This document shows positions 10,453 to 18,988 of a DNA stretch of 64,000 bases, in pieces. Made by a program: the position numbers and the translations under genes. The stretch is from contig JASEGJ010000001.1 in assembly GCA_030018135.1 (NCBI GenBank), forward strand, positions 1 through 64,000, written 5' to 3'. Position 1 is the stretch's first letter, and every line of letters starts with the position of its first letter. Source of the stretch: Candidatus Hodarchaeaceae archaeon. Lineage in GTDB: Archaea; Hadarchaeota; Hadarchaeia; Hadarchaeales; Hadarchaeaceae. The notes under the pieces are model-generated. The model saw nothing but the letters and a program-made list of their open reading frames with translations, did no database searches and was not told the DNA's origin.

Positions 10453-12029
10453 AATTCGACACCCGGAAGATCAGGGCGAGGGCCGAGAAGGACTTCGAGC
10501 GCGCTTGGCTCGAGAGCGCCGAGCTGATAGAAAAACGGGGAAAATTTTTTAGGCTGTCGAATAAGCGCATGCCACATCCGCTTTTCGACCTCATAATCAA
10601 AATCAGGCAGACCATGCTTGAGCTGGGCTTCGCCGAGGTTTTCGTGCCCACGATAATCGAGCGCGGCGAGGTGTACTTGCAGTACGGGTCGGAGGCGCCC
10701 GTCATCCTAGATCGGGTGTTCTTCCTCGCGGGCTTGGATCGCCCCGACATCGGGTTGAGCAAGCGGCGGATTCAGGAGATTCAAAAGTTCATACCCGGCT
10801 TCAAGGACGTAAAGCGACTCCAAGGTATACTCAGGCGCTACAAGCGGGGCAAGATCGGGGCGGACGAGCTCGTGGAAGTCATGGTTAAGGAGTTAAAAAT
10901 AGAGGAGGGCCATGCGACGGCGCTGATCTCGCTCTTCGAGGAATTTAAGGAGCTTGAACCGACCCCGACGACCTTGACGCTGAGATCGCACCTCACCGCG
11001 GGCTGGTTCTCCGTGCTGCGCGAGATGAGGCGCCGCGAGCCGTTGCCCATCCAGCTTTTCTCGATAGGTCCGAAGTTCAGGCGCGAACAGAGGCTGGACG
11101 AAACACACCTTTATGACTCCTGGACCGCCTCGCTCGTGGTGATGGCGGAGCGGATGAGCCTCGAGGACGGCCAAGGGCTTGTAAAGGACATCCTCGACAA
11201 GCTCGGGTTTGATGACATCAAGTTCGAGGTGAAGGCCGCGACCTCGAAATACTACGCGCCGCAGACCGAGTTTGAGGTCTTCGTCAAACATCCGAAGACC
11301 GGCGAGTTTTTAGAGGTGGGCGATGCCGGCTTTTACAGCCCGGTGGCGCTGAGCAGGTACGACATCCCCCACCCCGTCTTCAACTTCGGCATGGGGCTCG
11401 AGCGCCTCCTCATGGTGATGACGGGCGAGAGAGACATGCGGGCGCTAGTGTACCCCTACCTCTACAGGGGGACCGCCTTCTCTGACGCTGAAATCGCTGG
11501 CATGCTGAGGATCGAGCGCGGGCCGACGAGCGAGGCGGGCAGGCGAATTGCCGAGGCCATAGCGAGGGTCGCCGAGGAGCATGCGGACGAGCCGAGTCCA
11601 TGCGAGTTCAAGGCGTTCGATGGCGAGCTCTTCGGCAAGCGGGTCAGCGTCAGCGTTGTGGAGCCGGAAAGCGGAACAAAACTCATCGGGCCCGCCGGCT
11701 TTAATGCCATCTATGTCCACGAGGGCAACATCGTAGGCCTGCCGCCGAAGGGGTGGGAGCAGGATAAATTTCTGCAGGAGGTTAAAAAACGCGGCATCTC
11801 GACCGGCATTCGCTACATCGATGCGTTCGCGGCGCTCGCGGCGCACGAGATCGAACGGGCGGCTAGGCGGGGCGAGCGTGAGGTCAAGGTGCGGGTGCGC
11901 GCGGCGAAGTTGCTGAGCGACATCAACTTGGCCCTCGATGAGGTCGCGCAGCGCTACATAACCGACAATAAAAAGCGAATCGATGTTAGAGGACCTATAT
12001 TCACGACCGTCGTGGCGAGGATCGGTTGA
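10449..12029 (+). CDS. sepS: O-phosphoseryl-tRNA(Cys) synthetase SepRS
   Basis: QYGSEAPVILDRVFFLAGL.RPDIGLS, TLRSHLTAGWF, FRREQRLD, SKYYAPQT. Confidence 0.95.
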   Translation: MKFDTRKIRARAEKDFERAWLESAELIEKRGKFFRLSNKRMPHPLFDLIIKIRQTMLELGFAEVFVPTIIERGEVYLQYGSEAPVILDRVFFLAGLDRPDIGLSKRRIQEIQKFIPGFKDVKRLQGILRRYKRGKIGADELVEVMVKELKIEEGHATALISLFEEFKELEPTPTTLTLRSHLTAGWFSVLREMRRREPLPIQLFSIGPKFRREQRLDETHLYDSWTASLVVMAERMSLEDGQGLVKDILDKLGFDDIKFEVKAATSKYYAPQTEFEVFVKHPKTGEFLEVGDAGFYSPVALSRYDIPHPVFNFGMGLERLLMVMTGERDMRALVYPYLYRGTAFSDAEIAGMLRIERGPTSEAGRRIAEAIARVAEEHADEPSPCEFKAFDGELFGKRVSVSVVEPESGTKLIGPAGFNAIYVHEGNIVGLPPKGWEQDKFLQEVKKRGISTGIRYIDAFAALAAHEIERAARRGEREVKVRVRAAKLLSDINLALDEVAQRYITDNKKRIDVRGPIFTTVVARIG

Positions 12030-12089
12030 GAGTCTTAAATCGATGCCCCAGCTTATGTATTTACAACTTGAACAACTTCTGAACTGACC

Positions 12090-12684
12090 TCAGTCCCATG
12101 CGCCCCGTTCCAGCGGGTTTTTCGGGTCCCAGAGTTCGGCTATCAACAGTCGGTCGTATTCCACCGCGTCCAGGGCCTCCACGATCGGTCCAAAATTCAC
12201 ATCGCCTTCGCCGGGGGGCAGGTGGTCATCCCATGAACCCTTGTTATCGTGCACGTGGACGTGGGCTAGATGGCGCCCGATTTTCCTAATCATGTCGGCG
12301 ATGCTCTCCTCGGGAGCCTTCACGCCCTTTCTCCGCTTGGCGATGTAGGCATGGCCGATGTCAAACGTGATGCCGAGCCCCTCAAAGTCCTGAGCCAAAA
12401 GCTTGAGTTCGTCCGCATCCGAATAGGGGTAGTGGGCGCTGTCGATGTTTTCTGGCGCGAGGGTGACCCCCCTGTCGCTGGCGTACCTCAAACATCCCCC
12501 AATGAAGTCCTTGTACCAATTTTTGGTTTTATCGAGCACGACTCCGAGCTCCGGGATTGGGCAGCGGCCGGGGTGAACCACGACCACGCTGCCATCGAGG
12601 ATGCTGCAGACATCTATGCTCTTCTTGACCTGGGTTAACGCGAGCTCCCTGAGGACTGGGTAATGGCTGGCGGGGTTGAGGTCC
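12090..12684 (-). pseudogene. Sugar phosphate isomerase/epimerase (TIM barrel), 3' fragment
   Basis: DLNPASHYPVLRE...VVVHPG...APEN...TFDIGHA...HVHVHDN..DDHLPPGEG; joins in frame with 14409-14614. Confidence 0.9.
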
Positions 12685-12737
12685 TTGAAAAGGGTGGTCT
12701 TGTCAACAGCTGGGGCAAAACGTTAGCTTTGCATACA

Positions 12738-12756
12738 ATGTTAGCAACGTTAACGT
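12738..12756 (+). repeat. Left-end motif ATGTTAGCAACGTTAACGT
   Basis: 18/19 direct match to 14376-14394; also 12717-12732 is a 15/16 inverted match to 14382-14397. Confidence 0.85.
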
Positions 12757-12849
12757 AAGATTTGTTACATATATAACAATACTTTCGGCGACTTCTCCCC
12801 GAAAGGCGCTTGAACACCATTTCAAAAAGGTGGTTTGGGGCGGTCAAAC

Positions 12850-14382
12850 ATGCAATACACGGTTAGGGCGCTGGTCGATCCGCACGGCAACGAGGCTAGG
12901 CTCGACGCAATCTGCCGAACCTTCAGCTCGATGGTGCGCACGGCCTACAATCGTCTCCCGGAGAACAAGCAAACGGACGAGATTGTAAGGTCGCTTCAAG
13001 TGCGCTACGGCGTCGAGAACTGGCGCTGGTGCCAGTGGGCGATAGCTCGGGCCCAAGGAGTCATCCGATCGCAGAAAGAACTCCTACCGCTTTACGCTGA
13101 GATGTACGCGCAGAAGATTGCCAGTGTCAAACAGAGGATGGATAGGGTTGTTGATCCGCTCAAGAAAGCGGGTTTCAAAGCTCGTATCGAAAAGCTCGAA
13201 CGCAAGAAGGCAGAGGTTGAAAAACACCTCGCTGCCGGAACCGTGCCGAGAGCTGTGTTCGGTTCCAGAAAACTGATGGGGGAACTGTCGAAGGGCAAGG
13301 GTTCGCGCGAGGGGTGGCGCCGCAGGCGCTCGAACCAGTTTTTCAGCGTTGGTCAAGCCAACCAGAATGGCAATGCGAATACTCGGATAGTCAAGCATGA
13401 GGACGGCTACTCGCTCGAGGTGCGGAACTGGCCGAGCGGAGACTTTGAAGTCGGGTTGCGCGTGCCCGGATACTACAAGCGCTTGCTCGATGCCGCGCTG
13501 GGTTCGGGCGTTGCATACTCGGTGCGTGTGAAGCGAACCGAGCGGAATTACCAAGCGCTCATCTCATTCGAGGTCAATGAAACACCCCTGCAACCTTGGG
13601 ACGGAAAGCGGGTCGCCGCAATCGATGTCAACCCAGCGGGGATAGCCGTCACAGTGGTCACGCCCGACGGGAACCTCTTCGCCTCGCGCTGGTTCCATGA
13701 GCCCGCCCTAGTTCACGCTCGCACGGAGAAGCGCTCGTGGCTTGCCGCGAATCTCGTCAAGCGGGCCTTCTGCTGGGCGAAGGGCTACGGGTGCAACGCG
13801 GTCGTTGTAGAGAGGCTTAAGTTCGGGACGGTCCAAGAGGGCAACCACCGCGCCAACCGGGCCTGCTCGAACTTCCTGCGGCGCAAGCTCATAGAGCTGA
13901 TAAAGTTGCGGGCTCTCAAGCTCGAATGGGTATGTGCGGAGGTTAACGCGAGTTACTCCTCAATCACGAGCGAGCTCAAGTACGGCAAGCAGTTCTCGTG
14001 CTTCAACGGGCACCAGCCCGCCGCCCTCGTGCTCGGGAGGCGTGCGCTTGGATACGGCGAACGACTGAACGTGAAGCAGCTTGAGAAACTCCCCAAGCGC
14101 CGCCGTGCTCACGCTGCTCGGATCATCTCATCACTTTACGGTCATCGGCACGAACTCCTGATGCCCCGCCCTGGCACCGATGGAAGGATGCCCTGCGGGG
14201 ATGACAGGGGGGAGAGTGCCTTTGACGAGCGGGTCACATCCCACACCGCTGTTACCTTGGTTCTGCCGAGGTTGAGCGTGATGCTCGGCGGTGGATGTTG
14301 GCCGGATGAGGGCCAAGCTAGAGGGTATGGAGTTAACCCTCCCCCCTGCGAAGGGGTCAAACTAGGAAGCGTTGGATGTTAG
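12850..14382 (+). CDS. tnpB: TnpB-related RuvC protein (no Zn finger, His at RuvC-III)
   Basis: RTAYNRL, VFGSRK, AIDVNP (RuvC-I D), VVVERL (RuvC-II E), VNASYSS..KY..NGHQPAALVLGRRALG. Confidence 0.85.
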   Translation: MQYTVRALVDPHGNEARLDAICRTFSSMVRTAYNRLPENKQTDEIVRSLQVRYGVENWRWCQWAIARAQGVIRSQKELLPLYAEMYAQKIASVKQRMDRVVDPLKKAGFKARIEKLERKKAEVEKHLAAGTVPRAVFGSRKLMGELSKGKGSREGWRRRRSNQFFSVGQANQNGNANTRIVKHEDGYSLEVRNWPSGDFEVGLRVPGYYKRLLDAALGSGVAYSVRVKRTERNYQALISFEVNETPLQPWDGKRVAAIDVNPAGIAVTVVTPDGNLFASRWFHEPALVHARTEKRSWLAANLVKRAFCWAKGYGCNAVVVERLKFGTVQEGNHRANRACSNFLRRKLIELIKLRALKLEWVCAEVNASYSSITSELKYGKQFSCFNGHQPAALVLGRRALGYGERLNVKQLEKLPKRRRAHAARIISSLYGHRHELLMPRPGTDGRMPCGDDRGESAFDERVTSHTAVTLVLPRLSVMLGGGCWPDEGQARGYGVNPPPCEGVKLGSVGC

Positions 14383-14397
14383 CAAAGTTAACGTTTT
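14376..14397 (+). repeat. Right-end motif of tnpB element
   Basis: ATGTTAGCAAAGTTAACGTTTT, matches left-end motifs. Confidence 0.85.
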
Positions 14398-14408
14398 CTA
14401 GGAACTCC

Positions 14409-14614
14409 CAAATGGTCGCATGGACTGAAACATCGAGCTCATAGGCATCTATCAGCTCCTTAAAGTCGCGGACAGCGCCGGGCTCAAAGTCGGGCGAGAA
14501 GTGCGGCACATCGCAGATTATCTCAATGCATTTGAAGCTGAGTTCAGCCGTGGCCCTTATGGCTTCCTCCATCGTCGCATTTACAAACAGCAGGCTGGAG
14601 AGCCCGAGTTCCAT
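14409..14614 (-). pseudogene. Sugar phosphate isomerase/epimerase, 5' fragment
   Basis: MELGLSS...GF-like KCIEI...SVHATIW, cut by the element. Confidence 0.9.
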
Positions 14615-14649
14615 GTGTCCACCCCATTTTTGAGGCTCTATCGGTTTCG

Positions 14650-15090
14650 CTATGGTTTAAGGACATACGGATTGAGCACGAGTTCCGAGACCAAAGTTTT
14701 CTCGACCGCGCGCTTCATTTCGAAGCCGTGCAGCGCCTGCACGACCACCTCGCAGAAGACCGTCACCACGCCCTCGATCAGGTGCCCTGCTACCGTCCTG
14801 GAGTCGTTCCCGCCGGCGATGTGGAGGTGGACCTTCGGCTTGCCCTCGAGTTCGCTGACGTTGCCGTTGCCCACGACCTCCAAGTGCTCGCGGAAATCGC
14901 GCTGGCAGCCGCGCCTGAAAATTAGGGTGCACTCCTTCAGCGCCCCGGCGGCCGAGAGGATGACGCCGCTTTTTATGCCCTCCTTCAGACACGTCCTCTC
15001 TACCCGCTCGACTATCCGCTCGCCCTCATCGAGGCGGATGACGAGAAAATCCCCGATCCTCTTGTACTGCAAGTCGAACCCCCGTACCAC
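14650..15090 (-). CDS. PPC/DUF296 domain protein
   Basis: RLDEGE, AGAL, GNVS, HLHI, AGHL motifs. Confidence 0.88.
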   Translation of the reverse strand: MVRGFDLQYKRIGDFLVIRLDEGERIVERVERTCLKEGIKSGVILSAAGALKECTLIFRRGCQRDFREHLEVVGNGNVSELEGKPKVHLHIAGGNDSRTVAGHLIEGVVTVFCEVVVQALHGFEMKRAVEKTLVSELVLNPYVLKP

Positions 15091-15121
15091 GATGCCGCCA
15101 CCAGCTTAAAACGTTTGGACT

Positions 15122-15784
15122 TCAGCCGGATTTCATCGCCCGCGTGGCGAGCTGATGGGCGACGCGAAGGGGCTCCGGCAGGCGGTGGTCGCGCGTAGTA
15201 TGCAACACGATCTTGATCGCCGTCTCCAGCGAGAGCTTATGTCCAACGCTCACGTAAACCGGCCTCGAGCCCGGCTGCGTTCGAAGCACCGCCCCTACGA
15301 CCTCCCCGTCGTCTTTAAGCAGCGAGTACGCGCCCCGCTCCAGCTCCGGCTCCTCGGCGCTTCCGCAAAGCCTGCCCTTCGCCGCCCCCAGCGTCGGTTT
15401 ATTCAGCGCTACCCCGAGGTGGCACGCCAAGCCAGCCCTGCGGGGGTGGGCCAACCCCTGGGCACCGACCATGTAGACATCCGCATCGACGCCCCTCGCC
15501 GCCCTCAACATCCCCTCGAGCTCGCGAAACGCCAGGAAAGTCGGGATGTACGGGAACCTCAGCTTGACGGCGACCGCCCTTTGCCTCAAGACCCTCAAAC
15601 TTTCGTAATCCAGCGCGGCGCAGGCGGCGTAGGCTCGGTCCCCTCGGGGGAAGGAGATGTCGCAGCCAGCAACCGTTTCCAGCCTTCGGATGCGGTCCTC
15701 GGCGATCACCCGCTTGGCTATTCTTTCCTGCAGCCTCGCCAGCTCGTCGAGGTCCAGCTTGGAAGGCTTTAAGATGGGGAGCAT
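15122..15784 (-). CDS. nfi: Endonuclease V
   Basis: VAGCDISF, FPYIPTFLAFRE, G.AHPRRAGLACHLG, PVYVSVGH, RLPEPLR. Confidence 0.95.
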   Translation of the reverse strand: MLPILKPSKLDLDELARLQERIAKRVIAEDRIRRLETVAGCDISFPRGDRAYAACAALDYESLRVLRQRAVAVKLRFPYIPTFLAFRELEGMLRAARGVDADVYMVGAQGLAHPRRAGLACHLGVALNKPTLGAAKGRLCGSAEEPELERGAYSLLKDDGEVVGAVLRTQPGSRPVYVSVGHKLSLETAIKIVLHTTRDHRLPEPLRVAHQLATRAMKSG

Positions 15785-15845
15785 TGAGCCACCGGCCTCT
15801 TCGAATACTTATACCCTCCCGCCATAATTTTAACTGGGTGTCGGC

Positions 15846-16025
15846 CTGCGCGCGAGGGGGCCCAAGTGCAAGCTTTGCGGGAGGGCGATCCAGATCATGA
15901 GCTACGACGCCGCCTACGTCAAGATCCTTAGGCCCGGCGAGGCGAGGGCGAGCTTCATCTGCTGGAGGTGCACTGAAGGGCTGCCGGGCGACAAGCTCAG
16001 GGAGGTCATGCCGGCCCAAGGGTGA
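15846..16025 (+). CDS. Small CxxC-CxxC zinc-finger protein, apparent CTG start (missed by ORF track)
   Basis: (L)RARGPKCKLCGRAIQIMSYDAAYVKILRPGEARASFICWRCTEGLPGDKLREVMPAQG*; GGGTG 5 nt upstream; TGA overlaps the GTG of the next gene. Confidence 0.65.
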   Translation: MRARGPKCKLCGRAIQIMSYDAAYVKILRPGEARASFICWRCTEGLPGDKLREVMPAQG

Positions 16026-17110
16026 TCTACTTGGCCAAAGCCACGCCCGAGGACCATGCGCTCATGACGCTCGCGATAAAGCGGCGGGGCAAGTTCGTCG
16101 ACCTACCGCACATCCAGGAGAAGCTGTCGCGCGACGCCGGCAGGAAGTTCTCGGAAAAGGAGGCCCTCGAGATCCTGAACTCGCTCGTCGATAAGGGCTG
16201 GGCCGAGGAGAAGGCGGAAGAATACGCCATCACCGACGCTGGCCGGGAGTGGTTCGAGGGGCGATGGCGCCAAGTCAGCAGGGAACTCAACCAAGATTAC
16301 CTCAAGGTCTATCGAGCGAAGCGATATTACCCTCATGTCGTCGACGCCCTGCTGGGGTTCTGCAAGGACCGCTATGTCTCGGTCTTCAGGCTCTTCACCG
16401 AGCGGGCCTGGCTCCAGCGCAAGCTCGGGCCGAAATACATCACCATAAAGAGCGAGCGCGACGTTCAGCAGTGGCTCGACATCCACGGCATAGACTTCAT
16501 CCCCTACATACACAAAATAGGCGAGGACAGGCCCGACTGGTTCGTCATCGACTTCGACGCGGGTAGGAAGGTGACGATGGAGCAAACGAAGGAGGTGGTG
16601 AAGAAGGCCTACGGGGTGCTGAGGGGCTACGGCATCGAACCTGCGATCAAATTCTCGGGTTCAAGGGGCTATCAGATATGGGCGCAGTTCGAACCACACG
16701 AGCTGCCCCGCGACTACAGGCCGCTCGAGCTCAAGGCGGGCAAGCGCGAGCGCAACCCGTTCAACTTCTACGCCGACATCGTGCGCTTCGTCGAGGCGAG
16801 GGTGGCAGAGGGCCTTCCCGGGCTGACCACGGCCGAGACCGCGAAGAAGGAGGAGCGCGTCGACAAGGTCTTGCTGGACGCCTCGATTATAAAGCCCATG
16901 GGGGACGTTCGGGCGCCCTACAGCATGCATTATAAAACCGGCCTGATCTCGATGCCGCTGGAGTTCAAGGAGTTGGGGCGCTTTAAGCCAGAGGATGCCG
17001 ATCCGGAGCTGGTGGCCGAGCGCTACCAAAAGCGGGGCAACGAGTTCGTGCTCGAGCCGACGGACGGCGGGGAGCTTTTCAAAGCGGTCGTCGAGTGGTG
17101 CAAAGCCTAG
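16022..17110 (+). CDS. wHTH fused to LigD-type primase-polymerase (AEP) domain
   Basis: N-terminal wHTH (LNSLVDKGW...YAITDAGRE); PDWFVIDFDAG, KFSGSRGYQIW, VLLD, RAPYS. Confidence 0.8.
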   Translation: MIYLAKATPEDHALMTLAIKRRGKFVDLPHIQEKLSRDAGRKFSEKEALEILNSLVDKGWAEEKAEEYAITDAGREWFEGRWRQVSRELNQDYLKVYRAKRYYPHVVDALLGFCKDRYVSVFRLFTERAWLQRKLGPKYITIKSERDVQQWLDIHGIDFIPYIHKIGEDRPDWFVIDFDAGRKVTMEQTKEVVKKAYGVLRGYGIEPAIKFSGSRGYQIWAQFEPHELPRDYRPLELKAGKRERNPFNFYADIVRFVEARVAEGLPGLTTAETAKKEERVDKVLLDASIIKPMGDVRAPYSMHYKTGLISMPLEFKELGRFKPEDADPELVAERYQKRGNEFVLEPTDGGELFKAVVEWCKA

Positions 17111-17130
17111 AGCAACGGTAGCAGGCCCAA

Positions 17131-17304
17131 CTATCGCTTTAACACCCTCCAGACCCTCACCGCCTCGGCTATAGCGGGCCTTCCCTCAACGAACATCTCC
17201 ATCGCCCTGTGCTTGCCGGTCCATTGGATCAGCCTCGGTTTGGAGATTCGCCTGCCCACGCACCTTATCTTCTCGGCTTCGATGCGCTCATTGCTCTGGC
17301 TCAA
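17131..17304 (-). CDS. Small hypothetical protein, 57 aa (TTG start; missed by track)
   Basis: MSQSNERIEAEKIRCVGRRISKPRLIQWTGKHRAMEMFVEGRPAIAEAVRVWRVLKR; GGAGGG SD; overlaps upstream gene end. Confidence 0.55.
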   Translation of the reverse strand: MSQSNERIEAEKIRCVGRRISKPRLIQWTGKHRAMEMFVEGRPAIAEAVRVWRVLKR

Positions 17305-17623
17305 CCCAGCCCTCCTGCCATAGTTCCATTAAGATCTCGTTGACCAAGCTCATGTCTATGCGTAATGCATCGCTTATTTCGTCCGCCCTCACGCGTTCCT
17401 TGCCCTTTAGATATTCCCTGACCTCTGCTTTAGCCTGCCTTTTCGTCACATCGCGGTAGGTTATCACCTCAAGCCCACGGAGGTGCTCGGCGTGGTGCTT
17501 TATCGCCTCCCTTATCGCCTCAGCCTTTGAGACACCCAGCTTTTTCGTGATCAAATTCAGCTCGTCCTCGCGCTCGCTGAGATCAACGGGATAAACATAC
17601 CTCCGAGTTTTAGCGTCCACCAT
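17288..17623 (-). CDS. RHH (CopG-like) plus C-terminal HTH regulator or antitoxin
   Basis: V.LS....LN.I.KKLGVSKAEAIREAI, then ADEISDALRID...L.EL..EG. Confidence 0.7.
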   Translation of the reverse strand: MVDAKTRRYVYPVDLSEREDELNLITKKLGVSKAEAIREAIKHHAEHLRGLEVITYRDVTKRQAKAEVREYLKGKERVRADEISDALRIDMSLVNEILMELWQEGWVEPEQ

Positions 17624-17694
17624 TTCTTCTCCGGTATAAGATTTATACAAAAGTATAAATATTTATTACCCCTCCTGCATTCCTGTTAAGATTT

Positions 17695-17971
17695 GTGTGT
17701 AAGTGGTTTATTGGCGGAAAACATGATGGTCGGGAGGTATTTTACACCACTGAGCAAGTAGCCCGGGCGCAGGAGAAGGCGAGGAGGCTCGGGGTTTGGG
17801 CGTCACCGCTCGAGGAGGAACGCGAGCTTAAGCAGTTCGGCGGGTCGCTCGTCGTCTCAATTCCGAAGGCTATGGCGAAGTCCCTGAACCTGGCGCCTAG
17901 GCAGCGGGTGAGGATAACGCCTGACTGAGCAGGGGATCTCGATCACGAAGAGCAGAAAAGAGGTTCATTGA
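17695..17971 (+). pseudogene. AbrB/MazE-like DNA-binding protein, frameshifted
   Basis: ERELKQFGGSLVVSIPK..AKSLNL; removing one C near 17920 gives TLTEQGISITKSRKEVH*. Confidence 0.65.
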
Positions 17972-18146
17972 TGCTTAACCTTGCTATTTGTTCAAATGAA
18001 ACAAAACCCGTCGTTTTTTCTTTATAAAAGTTCATTCCAGAGTGTAGTTTTATTAATCGGAATAAATGGCCCCTCTCCCGAATAGCCGCCAAACGATTTC
18101 AGCCTTGGGCAAAACCTTGCCTAGGGCCTTCCTTACGGGTCTGAGC

Positions 18147-18454
18147 CTATCCCTTCGGAATCCAATTCACGACGATGCGCTTGATCGCACCATCGACGAA
18201 CACCAAGGGTGGATGCGGGCATGGCATTCGGGCCAGGTCTAGACCATGCTCTGGCCCGACCTCAAGAGAGTGTTGTAGAGGTCGGCCCTCACCTCGCCTG
18301 GGATACTTTGACTCGAGAAAACTAGGATGTCTAGGTCGGACTCGGCCGGCTTCCACTCGCCCCGCATCGATGAACCGAAGGGGAGGATCCGAAGCTGAGG
18401 ATATTTGCCATGCGCCCGCCTTATGAATTCCTCTAGGAAAGGCGCGGTTGTCAT
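18147..18454 (-). pseudogene. Minimal nucleotidyltransferase (MNT), frameshifted
   Basis: FGSSMRGEWKPAESDLDILV (GS..DxD); reading continues in another frame near 18265. Confidence 0.7.
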
Positions 18455-18794
18455 GGTTCCCCTTCGCGAAATTCCAAGTTATTTTTGAAAACCCGATATG
18501 CCCAAGAAACATCGATCTCGCCCATGTCCTCGTGCTTGATCCCAAGCGTGTGGCGTAGCTCGTGTATCACGATCTTGGCGAAAAGCTTCGGGTCAAACCC
18601 AAACCAGGAGGCCAGTAAACGGCTAGCCACTTTTTCTTGAAGGAAGAAAAGCCATCAGGAAAGGGCGAAGCTCGACTGTTAAACACGTTAACTTGATACC
18701 CGTTGGGATCCACGTGTTCGCGCTCAAAGCAGGCTAGGATGATTCTTTCGAGTTTCCTTGTTTCAATTTTTGTCGTGTTTTTTATTTGCATCAA
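18451..18794 (-). pseudogene. Small zincin-like metallopeptidase, frameshifted
   Basis: Second frame gives FDPKLFAKIVIHELRHTLGIKHEDM (HExxHxxGxxH); GGTTT duplication near 18600; ATGA overlap with MNT. Confidence 0.65.
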
Positions 18795-18817
18795 GCCTTT
18801 TTGTGAACTTTATAGGT

Positions 18818-18925
18818 GTCAAGAACCGCCGGTCAAAGACCGGCGGCATGAAATGGTTCGACTTCAGGATACTAACTCAGCTACGAGCTACGGGTTACCA
18901 CCAGTCAAAGACTGGTGGAATTCTT
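18818..18925. mobile_element. IS200/IS605-like miniature element (paired terminal hairpins)
   Basis: CCGCCGGTC-AAA-GACCGGCGG (18826-18846) and CCACCAGTC-AAA-GACTGGTGG (18898-18918), first preceded by GTCAA. Confidence 0.6.
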
Positions 18926-18988
18926 TCTTTAAAGTTTACGAAGAAACATTAATTAATGTCTTTTCTTAATGTTTAAAATGTGCAAATA

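Larger units (their letters stand above)
12685..14408 (+). mobile_element. Non-autonomous tnpB element with IS607-like junctions (1724 bp)
   Basis: Removal restores ...ATT TGG GAC CTC... (HATIW-DLNP); TCC at both junctions; repeated subterminal motifs; no tnpA. Confidence 0.88.

Noticed and set aside
10449-12029. SepRS in a probable non-methanogen as a novelty
   Set aside because: tRNA-dependent cysteine synthesis is already known in many non-methanogenic archaea.
12685-12689. TTCAA (minus strand) as IS605-type right end
   Set aside because: It lies upstream of tnpB rather than downstream; the shared junction core and repeated end motifs fit IS607-type better, though this is not proven.
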